This document shows positions 20,992 through 30,104 of a stretch of DNA of 64,000 nucleotides, in pieces (the first letter of the stretch is position 1; each line of letters starts with the position of its first letter). The DNA comes from Candidatus Poribacteria bacterium (GTDB lineage Bacteria > Poribacteria > WGA-4E > WGA-3G). The DNA is taken from contig OZ219753.1 of the NCBI GenBank assembly GCA_964291315.2, positions 1,824,001-1,888,000 on the forward strand, in the 5' to 3' direction. A program made the position numbers and the translations under genes. The notes under the pieces were generated by a model. The model was not told where the DNA came from. It was given only the letters and a program-made list of their open reading frames with translations, and ran no database searches.

Positions 20992-21200
20992 CGTTTTTTG
21001 GATGTGGCAGCCTCTACAGATTTGAGGGGCACTGAAGATGTCTCTAGCACCCTTCACTGTAGAGAACCCTGCCATCGATACGGAATGACAGGGCTAACCG
21101 AAATTATATCACACATTGGACCTCTAAACCTTTTATCAAACTCACGCGAGTTACAAATTATTATTGGAGGAATGATACCTGAATAAGGGACCCCAGCAAG

Positions 21201-23162
21201 ATGAAACAAAATCTTCAACAAAAACCTTTCAGGTCATCAAATGCTAACATGGATCTGGCGAAATGGACACAACATGAGGCATCTATAGCCCTATTCGGAC
21301 AGGGGGATGTTTGGACTATATTACCCTCTCCAGACGGCAAATATCTTGCCGTTGCAACTTCTATCGGCTTATGGTGGTATGAATTATCCACAATGTCTCC
21401 CCTGGACCTGTGGGACACGGAGCAAGGAATGATTTCCGCGCTATCTTTTTCCTCTAACGGCAGATGGATTGCCACAGGCGGACGTGATGGGAGCGTCAAA
21501 GTGTGGGATATTTCAAGCTGTGACTGCATTACACGGGTGACGCGATGTGAGGACGGACATTCGATAATGCGTCAAAAAGATATCTCCTGTGTAGCCTTCT
21601 CACCGAATAGTCAACTTTTAGCGCTTTCTGGCAAACGCGACTATATCGTCGACCTATGGAATCCAGAAACGGGTGAATAGCTTGCAAAAATCAATGGTGA
21701 TTCTCAAATAGAACTCCAGTACTGCGGCCTGACCCGGCCTATCGCTTTTTCACCGGACAGTCAACTGCTCGCTTGTTTAAGTCCATCTGTGAGAAATAAT
21801 TCAGGTAGCCCTTCTATAGCCGCCGAATTTATTTCGGTGTGGGAGCTTTCTTGTTGTGAACGTCTCACGATCCTAGAGAAATACCCTCCCGGTTCAGGAT
21901 GGCACTCCTTCTGTTTTTCGCCCTGCGGCAATTACCTGGTTGCCAGCGGCGATGTAGACAAGAAACTGCAGATATGGGATACGGAGGATTGGCAACCGAT
22001 TAGAACGCAGCCCTGGCCCGGGGCAAATTGGATAATACCCTCTTATTCTACTCAGGGCGTTCTGCATGGGGCTGAGGTATCTGATGATAACAAAACTGTC
22101 ACACTGTTCGACATAGAGCACGACCGAAAACTCTGGACTTGCCCGACTTCTGTCGATTTTTCGACGATCTCGTTTTCCCATGGGAACCAGCTAGTCGTCA
22201 AGAGCGGACTTGAACTAAAAACTTGGATAGGAAAACAAAATACCCCCCAGACATGCCCCCATACGCATCTCACACCAGTAGAATCGCTGGCGTTTTCGGC
22301 TGATGGAAACACGCTAGCCTGCGCGTATAGCTACGACGGCATTCTGATCTGGAATGTTGGCACACCTTCACATCCACAACGGGTTTTCAGATGCCCCGGT
22401 GTGAAACATCAGGTGTGCGCGTTCTACAACGGAGAATTCCATACAATATGTGTTGATAAAAACACTATCAAGGTATGGGCAATTGGAAGCGAGACACTTT
22501 CTGCAGAAATCATACTAGAGAACCGGCCTCCGTACTGGGCATTTGCATTCGCTCCCGAAACTAAACGTCTTGCCTCTGGAGATAACAAAGGCACGGTGAG
22601 CCTCTGGGATGTAACAAACGGTGAACGTCTCTATACTTCCAGAAAGCATCCAACCGAGATTCTGCGTTTAGCGTTTAGTCCTAACGGAAAATTCCTCGCG
22701 AGTCAGGCAGCTGTTGGACCCGATACTCGCCTCTGGGATGTTGAATCTGGACAAGAAATTCTCGATTTTCCCGGGACACATATTGAAAAGCTCGCCTTTT
22801 CCCCTTGCAGCACCCGAATTGCCGCCGATACTGAAAAAGAAATTCTTGTCTGGGATCTCCTCCGCTCTGAAATCAAACTCACACTCCCGAAAACATCCGA
22901 ATGGACCGATAACGGTTTTTGGCAGACCTCATTCGCGTTTTCTCCGGATAGTCAGTACCTCGCTTCCGGGGGCGGCGAGGATTTAGGTGGAATGAAAACA
23001 CCTGTGCGCTTATGGGAATTGACAACAGGACGGAATCTGGCCACGCTCCGCGGGCACACGCGCGATGTTTCTGCCCTCTCTTTTTCGCCAGATGGCACGC
23101 TTCTAGCGAGTGGCAGCTATGACGGCACCCTCCGCTTGTGGGATGTGAAACGTTATCTATAA
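21201..23162 (+). pseudogene. WD40-repeat protein interrupted by one in-frame TAG (21678-21680)
   Basis: ORFs 21201-21680 and 21789-23162 are in the same frame; the intervening 36 codons are open and encode IAFSPDSQLLA; many FSPDG/LWDV repeats. Confidence 0.8.
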
Positions 23163-23288
23163 CGTGAGCTCGATAAATATGTGGCTCATCTTTAAAGTAA
23201 AGCGAAACCTTTTGGCATAAGGAAGTAAAACGCTCACCTAACGGAGTTACCAATGCTTTTTTAACGCTATTTTTTTAAACTCACGTTA
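23160..23288. mobile_element. MITE-like element, 129 bp, terminal inverted repeats TAACGTGAG/CTCACGTTA
   Basis: TCTA on both flanks (23156-59, 23289-92), part of a 12-bp direct repeat ACGTTATCTATA; related ends elsewhere in the window. Confidence 0.65.
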
Positions 23289-23296
23289 TCTATAGT

Positions 23297-24562
23297 ATGA
23301 AACTTCGAGACACGCTCTACACCGGAGTCCGACACCTCTCTGAAAATCGATTGCGGGCAGGACTGTCTGTCCTCGGTATTTCCATCGGCATAGCGAGTGT
23401 GTTATGCATGATGGCGATAGGCGATGGCGCAAAACTCTTCATCAAAAAAGACATCGAGAAACTCGGCGGTGCCAACCAAGTCAACTTTTGGACCCGCACC
23501 GCTATTTGGAAACGCGGGCGCCTCATGAGACGCACCATCGAGCGATACACACTTTCTGACATACAGGCCATTGAAGCAGAATGCCCCGAGGTCATCTTCG
23601 TTTTACCTAAAACTGGCAGATACCAAGCCACCGTCAAGAGTCAACACACGGACCACGCCCGCGCTTCTGTAGAAGGCGTGACAGCCGACTACGCCACAGG
23701 AATGCATTGGAACGTGCAAGATGGGCGGTTCTTCTCCCCAGAAGATATAGAGAACGCAAAACAGGTGTGCGTCCTCGGAGCAGAAACCGCACGAGACCTC
23801 TTCGGCAATACAGCACCGTTAGGACGAGAAATCAAAATGAAATACAATTGGCGAACGCCCTTCGTGCGCTACCGCGTCATCGGCGTCATGGCACGCAAAG
23901 GGAGAAGTCTCCAGAGCTACTGGTCTCTAGATGACATCGTTTGTATCCCGTTGACAACACACCAGCAAAGGCTCTCCGGCACCCGGTATGTTGAGGGGAT
24001 GCACGTCTTTTTCAAAAAATCGGCAGAGGTTGACCTTGTCATAGATTCCGTTAAGGATGTCCTCCGGAAAAGACACCAGGGTGCTGATGACTTTATCGAG
24101 TATTGGGTACCGCAAAGAACTGTCAGACGCTTGGATCACATTCAAAAGGTGATACAGATTTCTCTGGGGAGCATCGCCGGTTTTTCGCTATTCGTCAGCG
24201 GGATCGGTATCATGAATATCTGTCTTGTCTCTGTCGGTGAAAGGACCCAGGAGATAGGTATCCGGAAATCTGTTGGGGCGAAAGAGCTCGACATCTTTTG
24301 CCAATTCTTGACAGAGTCCCTCTCTTTATGTCTGTGTGGCGGGGTGCTGGGCATCGCGGTCGGGTGGGTGGCTGCACACGGCATGGCGCGCCTCGCCGTC
24401 CATGTTCTGCCGATTGTGGGGACGTGGCCTGTAGTTATGTCGCCGCCGTGGATGCTAACATCGGTTGTCTTCTCTATCTTTATGGGTACCGTTTTCGGTG
24501 TCTATCCGGCTATCCGGGCAGCCCGGCTCACACCTATCGCCGCACTCCGAACTGAGAAATAA
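23297..24562 (+). CDS. MacB/FtsX-type ABC transporter permease
   Basis: LSVLGISIGIASV, GIGIMNICLVSVGERTQEIGIRKSVGA, YPAIRAARL.PI.ALR.E. Confidence 0.92.
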   Translation: MKLRDTLYTGVRHLSENRLRAGLSVLGISIGIASVLCMMAIGDGAKLFIKKDIEKLGGANQVNFWTRTAIWKRGRLMRRTIERYTLSDIQAIEAECPEVIFVLPKTGRYQATVKSQHTDHARASVEGVTADYATGMHWNVQDGRFFSPEDIENAKQVCVLGAETARDLFGNTAPLGREIKMKYNWRTPFVRYRVIGVMARKGRSLQSYWSLDDIVCIPLTTHQQRLSGTRYVEGMHVFFKKSAEVDLVIDSVKDVLRKRHQGADDFIEYWVPQRTVRRLDHIQKVIQISLGSIAGFSLFVSGIGIMNICLVSVGERTQEIGIRKSVGAKELDIFCQFLTESLSLCLCGGVLGIAVGWVAAHGMARLAVHVLPIVGTWPVVMSPPWMLTSVVFSIFMGTVFGVYPAIRAARLTPIAALRTEK

Positions 24563-24886
24563 ACAGATTTTCTTGAAATCTACTTTTTCATTTTAACATG
24601 CTTACTGAACGCCATAATCAGGACAAGTTAAGTGATGGTATTAGTGATATGAAACTTGAGGAACTAGTGAAGCTCCAGAAAAAACACCACCTAACGCTAC
24701 TCAGCAATGTGGTCATGTTTTCCCCACGGATCCCTAGACGAACAGGCGTAGATAGTACTCTTCTGCCATACCCGAGCTGAGTTGAGAATTTTTATCTATC
24801 AAAATCCGACTCAGACACAGCTCAAAAACAGGTGGCAGATCCTCCTTGGATGGCAATACGCTCTCCATTTGTATTGTAGGAGCATA

Positions 24887-25009
24887 ATGAAGTATTTAAA
24901 AAAAATCGTCCCGTTTTGGAACCACGTACGCATTTTTCTGGTGGCGGGACTCTTGATCGCTATTCTCAGAACCTTTACTGAACTAACAACTAGAAATCTT
25001 TTATCTTGA
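24887..25009 (+). CDS. 40-aa hydrophobic peptide or 5' gene remnant
   Basis: AGGAG RBS then MKYLKKIVPFWNHVRIFLVAGLLIAILRTF... Confidence 0.3.
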   Translation: MKYLKKIVPFWNHVRIFLVAGLLIAILRTFTELTTRNLLS

Positions 25010-25034
25010 CACAACACCGTTTTACTGCTATAGT
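25006..25034 (+). promoter_or_regulatory. sigma70-like promoter with no immediate ORF downstream
   Basis: TTGACA-17 nt-TATAGT with TG extension. Confidence 0.55.
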
Positions 25035-25214
25035 ATCTCTAACAGATACAATTTGACACAAGGTCTTTTTCTCTCAAGTAAGAAGCATAGTATGTGTGTG
25101 CAAGGTCTTGCCGCTCCCAGATAATTTTCCCCACCTTTAAACTCACGTTAAAAAGTAAGCAAACACAAAACACGCTGCATTCAGACAATCTCCACTGACT
25201 ATTAATAACTAAAT

Positions 25215-25244
25215 TTGACTTTTCTATTTAATATATGGTATAAT
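25215..25244 (+). promoter_or_regulatory. sigma70-like promoter
   Basis: TTGACT-18 nt-TATAAT with TG extension, before RBS AAGGAG and the LamG-like gene. Confidence 0.55.
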
Positions 25245-25303
25245 AGTTTTCCCTCTGGTTTTTAGAAATTTGCATGCAATGAATGCAAGAAGGAGACACT
25301 TGA

Positions 25304-26065
25304 ATGAAAATGAACTATTGTATATACGCCATAGTGCTGACGCTCTGTGTGTCCCTGCCAGCAGTCGCGCAAGACGCACAAGCAGACAAGCTGCTGGGCT
25401 GGTGGTTATTTGACAGCGAAACGGATGAAATCGGCAACTGGAAAGATATCGAACTTCACGGGGCTGAACTCAAAGACGGCCAACTGATTGTTGAGACAGG
25501 GAAATGGGCGCACGCGCTTGAATACACCGGACCCGATATCGAAGAGAAAACTTTGATGACCTGGGTCGCGTTGGACAACCTCGCCGCAACTCAAGGCTCA
25601 GCTCTCACGCTAGATAAAGCAAGCGAAGACCAATTCAACGCCATTGTCTACGCCGAACGCCAACCCAATCAATGGATGTCTGGAAGCAGCTGGTTCCACC
25701 GCACTGAAGACTTTCCGAAAGCCCACAATGAGAAGAACGAAGGCGAAATGGTCTATCTCGCCTTCACTTATGAAGATAATGGTGGAACTTACAAAATAAC
25801 AGGCTATCGCAACGGTGAGAGCCTCGGTAGTTATGAAAAAGGCGAAATCAAAACATGGCCCACGGGCGATGCAGAAATCGTCTGGGGAAAGCGGCATACT
25901 AACGGACTCGACGGACCCGGCGACCTCAACGCTCACATTGAGGAATCCCGTATCTATTCTGTCGCGTTGACACAAGATGAAGTTAAGCAGATGGAGATCG
26001 GAACGCTTTCCGTTAACCCTAAAGGTAAACTCGCTACGCGATGGGCAAAACTTAAGACGAGATAA
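25304..26065 (+). CDS. Secreted LamG/concanavalin-like protein with C-terminal VxPxxKLxxxW motif
   Basis: Signal peptide; LGWWLFD, IEESRIYSVALTQDEV; tail SVNPKGKLATRWAKLK. Confidence 0.75.
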   Translation: MKMNYCIYAIVLTLCVSLPAVAQDAQADKLLGWWLFDSETDEIGNWKDIELHGAELKDGQLIVETGKWAHALEYTGPDIEEKTLMTWVALDNLAATQGSALTLDKASEDQFNAIVYAERQPNQWMSGSSWFHRTEDFPKAHNEKNEGEMVYLAFTYEDNGGTYKITGYRNGESLGSYEKGEIKTWPTGDAEIVWGKRHTNGLDGPGDLNAHIEESRIYSVALTQDEVKQMEIGTLSVNPKGKLATRWAKLKTR

Positions 26066-26087
26066 TTCTCGAATTGTACGGCGAGAT

Positions 26088-26121
26088 CCCCGACCCGCAC
26101 CCTAATTTAGTGGGGTCGGGG
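26088..26121 (+). terminator. GC-rich stem-loop after the LamG-like gene
   Basis: CCCCGACCCGCAC...GTGGGGTCGGGG. Confidence 0.45.
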
Positions 26122-26183
26122 GTTCCGTCTACAAAAGAGCCTGACTCTCAAACGCAGACTATCATCTTTATACGCTAAAAGAC

Positions 26184-26870
26184 ATGATCGACATTACCAA
26201 AAGCCGAATAAGCCGCCCTCTGATATACATCACTGTTTTCCTCACATCCGTTGCTGCCGCCGAGCAGCACACTTGGACATTTGATGAGGACGCAGCAGAT
26301 TGGACACCGGCAAATGGCACATGGCGAATCGAAAACGGAGTCTATAAACAGACAATGCGCTATGGGAAGGCACAAAAAGCGTTAGCCCATGGGGCAGAAT
26401 GGACAGACCATACCCTCAAAGCAAACGTCCGTATCGAAGCCGGACACTGGGCCGGAATCGTCTTCCGCGCACAAAATGAATTTGAATACTATGTTTACCT
26501 GATCTGTCCGAAAGAAAATAAGTCTGAACTCTGGCGACACCGCCGAAGCACTGCCTTTAAAGATGGGTTCGAGGCGCGTGATGAAATTGAACATGACATT
26601 GAACCTATCGGGCTTACCCTGACGCGCGACGAATGGTTCACACTTCAAGCAACTGTTGAGGGTGACCGAATTGCAGTCGCCATCAACGGCATACAGCAAG
26701 CCGTGTTTAACGATAGCACCTATGCTCGCGGTAAAATTGGAGTCTGGACATGGGACACCCAAGCCAGTTTTGATGATGTTCATGTCAAGAGCGTTTCCGC
26801 AACATCCCTTACACCTGTAGAACCTCGCGGAAAACTCACAATAGCGTGGGCAGCGTTAAAAGGAAAATAG
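26184..26870 (+). CDS. Secreted DUF1080 (3-keto-disaccharide hydrolase-like) protein with C-terminal VxPxxKLxxxW motif
   Basis: GTWRIENG, AGIVFR, VEGDRI.V.ING, GKIGV, FDDV.V; tail PVEPRGKLTIAWAALK. Confidence 0.7.
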   Translation: MIDITKSRISRPLIYITVFLTSVAAAEQHTWTFDEDAADWTPANGTWRIENGVYKQTMRYGKAQKALAHGAEWTDHTLKANVRIEAGHWAGIVFRAQNEFEYYVYLICPKENKSELWRHRRSTAFKDGFEARDEIEHDIEPIGLTLTRDEWFTLQATVEGDRIAVAINGIQQAVFNDSTYARGKIGVWTWDTQASFDDVHVKSVSATSLTPVEPRGKLTIAWAALKGK

Positions 26871-27017
26871 ACGTATCTCAATCGAATATCAAAAACCAGA
26901 TAAATATCTCACAGTCAACGACATTTCTACACTTTCCGCCAAATTATTTTTTCATGCGGAAGAAACACATAACTCTCGTAATCTAAACGCGTTTTTATAC
27001 GCTACAGGAGGATTTTA

Positions 27018-27485
27018 ATGGCAAATGTAGGAAACACAGCACCAGTTTTCACACTCAAAGGCGCAGTCAATCAAGCGGATGTAGAAGTTTCATTGGGCGA
27101 CTATGCAGGTAAAAATTTAGTCGTCCTCTTCTACCCGCTCGCCTTTTCTCCAGTCTGTGCAGAGCAGGTCCCCGATTTTAACGGAAAACTGGAGGCTATT
27201 CAGGCAAAAGGCGCCGAAGTCATCGCTATTAATAGAGATTCAACCTTCGCACATAAGGCATGGAGCAAGGAACTCGGCGGTGTCGACTTTCCACTGCTTG
27301 CCGATATGAACCTTGAAGTCTCTAAGGAATTCGGCATGGCACTCGAAGAAGTCGGTATCACTACACGCGGCGTGTTTATCATTGATAAAACTGGAAAAGT
27401 CGCCTTCAAACACGTGGAAGCCGCACCACCAGACAATACCTTGACCGCCGAACAAATCTTGGACGAGCTAGACAAACTGCAATAG
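27018..27485 (+). CDS. 1-Cys peroxiredoxin (AhpC/TSA, AhpE-like)
   Basis: FYPLAFSPVC peroxidatic motif, FPLLAD, RGVFIIDK.G; single Cys. Confidence 0.88.
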   Translation: MANVGNTAPVFTLKGAVNQADVEVSLGDYAGKNLVVLFYPLAFSPVCAEQVPDFNGKLEAIQAKGAEVIAINRDSTFAHKAWSKELGGVDFPLLADMNLEVSKEFGMALEEVGITTRGVFIIDKTGKVAFKHVEAAPPDNTLTAEQILDELDKLQ

Positions 27486-27690
27486 GCAAGCCAGGATGGC
27501 TGACGATGGTCCAGCTCCTATAAACCGAAAAGCGGGTATCTGACACAACTCGCAAGCAATTGTTCTGCATTATGCTAACACCCGCTTTTTGCTTTAATAT
27601 TTCACTGCTACACTTTTACCTTGAAAATCGCTTACAGACGTGTTATCCTAATTAGATTAAATAGGAAAAGTCTATAATTATCTAGCAAAC

Positions 27691-27762
27691 GCGGGTGTAG
27701 CTCAGCGGTAGAGCGTCAGCTTCCCAAGCTGAGGGTCGCGGGTTCAATTCCCGTCACCCGCT
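27691..27762 (+). tRNA. tRNA-Gly(CCC)
   Basis: GCGGGTG/CACCCGC acceptor stem, TCAGC-TTCCCAA-GCTGA anticodon arm, GGTTCAATTCC T-arm; CCA not encoded. Confidence 0.95.
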
Positions 27763-27807
27763 TGAATGCTTATTCATTCGATACATCGTGTAAAATTGAG
27801 GAAAACC

Positions 27808-28911
27808 ATGGCACGAGACAAACGACTAACGAAAGAAGACATCCGAGAAGATAAATTTATTGAAAGCCTGAGCGAGATCTACGCGTTCCTGCGTGAAAAC
27901 CTCCAAACCATTGGCATTATATTAGGAGTCATCCTCATCGCAGGCGCCGGTTACGCCGCATATTATCAACATCAGGAAAACCGACGCACTGAAGCAAGCA
28001 TCGCACTCCGTCAAGCTACCGAAACCTATAAGACTGCAGAAGAGAGCCGCTTTGACACGGAAAAATTAACCGAAAGCGAAGAATCGCTCAAAACCGCACA
28101 AGCACAACTTCAGGAAGTCTTTGAAAAATATCCAAATACAGTTTTTAGCGACAAGGCACGCTACCAATATGCCAAAACGCTCTATTACCAGCAAAACTAT
28201 CAGGAAGCACGCTCCCAATTCCAACACATCAGAGACCAACACCAAACCGAAAATCAGATCTATAGCTTGTATGCCCAAAAGGCAATAGGCAACACCTATG
28301 AGCAAGAAGGCAACTATGAAAAAGCCATCGAGGCCTATCAGGCGAAAGCATTTCCACCTACACCCCAACTCTCGCCCGAAATCCGGAAATTCGTGATCAC
28401 CAACGCTAAATTTAACCAAGCACTCGCTTATGAAAAATCCGGAGACCCAGATGCCGCCGCTGCCGCATACAAAGAAATTGTAGACGAATTCCGAAATACA
28501 CTTGAAGCAGGGCTTGCACAAAAAAGCCGCGAATTGATAGAATACGCAAAAACCGTCATCGCAGCGATTGGCGAAACGTTAGATATATCTAGGGCACAGA
28601 CCCTCGAAAACCAAAAACAATACTATGAAGCGTACGTCGCTTATACAGATGCGATCCGCACCTATAAAGTCAACAAAGATATCTCAGGCGGCCTCGCCTC
28701 AGAACTCCGAAAACAGATCGGCAGCTTCGAAAAAGAGGCAATAGAAATTACCAACAACGTTCGAGAAGCACGACTTAACGATGAGGAAGGACGAGAAAGC
28801 TTCGCACTCAACAGTTACGGGCTCGTTGTTGAATTTGAGAAACTCGGGCTAAGCCGTAGACTCTATGAAAATGCCCTTCTTCATCACAAGCGACTTGAAT
28901 CTGTCCAATAA
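27808..28911 (+). CDS. Membrane-anchored TPR protein (YfgM-like)
   Basis: LTKEDIREDKF, single TM, TPR helices (ARYQYAKTLY, AQKAIGNTYEQEGNYEKAIEAY); GAGG RBS before ATG 27808. Confidence 0.75.
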   Translation: MARDKRLTKEDIREDKFIESLSEIYAFLRENLQTIGIILGVILIAGAGYAAYYQHQENRRTEASIALRQATETYKTAEESRFDTEKLTESEESLKTAQAQLQEVFEKYPNTVFSDKARYQYAKTLYYQQNYQEARSQFQHIRDQHQTENQIYSLYAQKAIGNTYEQEGNYEKAIEAYQAKAFPPTPQLSPEIRKFVITNAKFNQALAYEKSGDPDAAAAAYKEIVDEFRNTLEAGLAQKSRELIEYAKTVIAAIGETLDISRAQTLENQKQYYEAYVAYTDAIRTYKVNKDISGGLASELRKQIGSFEKEAIEITNNVREARLNDEEGRESFALNSYGLVVEFEKLGLSRRLYENALLHHKRLESVQ

Positions 28912-28939
28912 TTTTATCTCTTATTTTATCTATTAAGGA

Positions 28940-29977
28940 GTGGCAATGATACATAGATATACCTCCTCACCCTTTTATAGCTCTAGAACCATTCAGTTCA
29001 CACTGTTGAGTCTGTTCTGTTTGAGTTTTTTCATCTCTCCCACCTTGCGAAGCGAAGCCCTCCCTTCCGGACAACTCGCTTATGCAGTCAACGGGTTTGA
29101 CGAGAGCTTAGGACGTTTTGACTGGAACCTCTACACAACCGCACTCAGAGGCACCAAAAATTTCACCGCAAGACCTTTGAACCACAAAGGCATGTACCCA
29201 TCTTGGGGCCCCAACGGGGATTCGCTCTATTTCATTCAGCGCGGTAAGGGGCACTCTGACATCTATTCCATTAATCCCGACAACCCCAAAAATAAAAAAC
29301 GCATCACCCCTATCTCCGGCACATACCGGTTCTTGGCTGTATCTCTGAACGGCAAAAAACTCGCTTTCAACGGGTATACCATGAACCAATTGCCACAAGA
29401 AAATCAGATCTGGATGCTAGATGTCGAAACCGGCGAAATGGAAGCCATGACCGCGGTGGCGCACGCAGGATGGCCCTATCGATTCTGGGGACTCTCCTGG
29501 TCCCCTAACGGCAAAAAACTCGCTTTCTCAATCTCCCGACCAGGGTGGTTGGAACATCTCTACCTCTTAGACGTCGAAACCAAAGAAATAGAAATCTTGA
29601 CTGAACTCAATAAGGATTTTTATCCCGCCTGGGCACCAGATGGAAACCGCATCCTCTTCCTCCGATATAACAGAGAATTCGATACATTTTGCACCATTGA
29701 CGTTGAAACCAAGGAGATTAAACCGCTGTTTGACGTCGATAAAGCCACAGGCTATTGGGGCGACTGGTCCCCCGATGGAGACTACATCGCCTATTCCCGC
29801 TGGGGATCAGTCTACCTCTATGACTTCGCTACCGATGAAACAGAAGAAATCGTTGAGGTGGATGGCAGTATCTTCGTCATTTCATGGTTGCGAGATATAA
29901 GGATATTACCCGTCGAACCGCAACAAAAACTGGTCACAACGTGGAGCGCCATTAAACAGAAGACAACTCAGCAATAG
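28940..29977 (+). CDS. Secreted TolB-like (PD40) beta-propeller with C-terminal VxPxxKLxxxW motif
   Basis: PSWGPNG, WSPNGKKLAF, PAWAPDG, WSPDG; tail PVEPQQKLVTTWSAIK. Confidence 0.78.
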   Translation: MAMIHRYTSSPFYSSRTIQFTLLSLFCLSFFISPTLRSEALPSGQLAYAVNGFDESLGRFDWNLYTTALRGTKNFTARPLNHKGMYPSWGPNGDSLYFIQRGKGHSDIYSINPDNPKNKKRITPISGTYRFLAVSLNGKKLAFNGYTMNQLPQENQIWMLDVETGEMEAMTAVAHAGWPYRFWGLSWSPNGKKLAFSISRPGWLEHLYLLDVETKEIEILTELNKDFYPAWAPDGNRILFLRYNREFDTFCTIDVETKEIKPLFDVDKATGYWGDWSPDGDYIAYSRWGSVYLYDFATDETEEIVEVDGSIFVISWLRDIRILPVEPQQKLVTTWSAIKQKTTQQ

Positions 29978-30104
29978 CACTAGCGGAAGCAGGTGGCGTT
30001 TGTAACGCCATCCAGACTAAATATGTAGACGACAGACCCAACATCGCCCGGCTATCGCGCTACAGACAGTTCGAATATCTCAATTACCCAAAGAGGATAA
30101 ACCG

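Noticed and set aside
21678-21680. Genome-wide TAG recoding
   Set aside because: TAG terminates clear genes here (dnaG, cas10, the R-M gene, the peroxiredoxin)
23160-23288. Integron attC site
   Set aside because: Ends do not fit RYYYAAC/GTTRRRY, there is no L-box/unpaired spacer architecture, and no integrase is present
24598-24780. 60-aa ORF after the permease
   Set aside because: No RBS or recognisable motif; the region looks like gene debris
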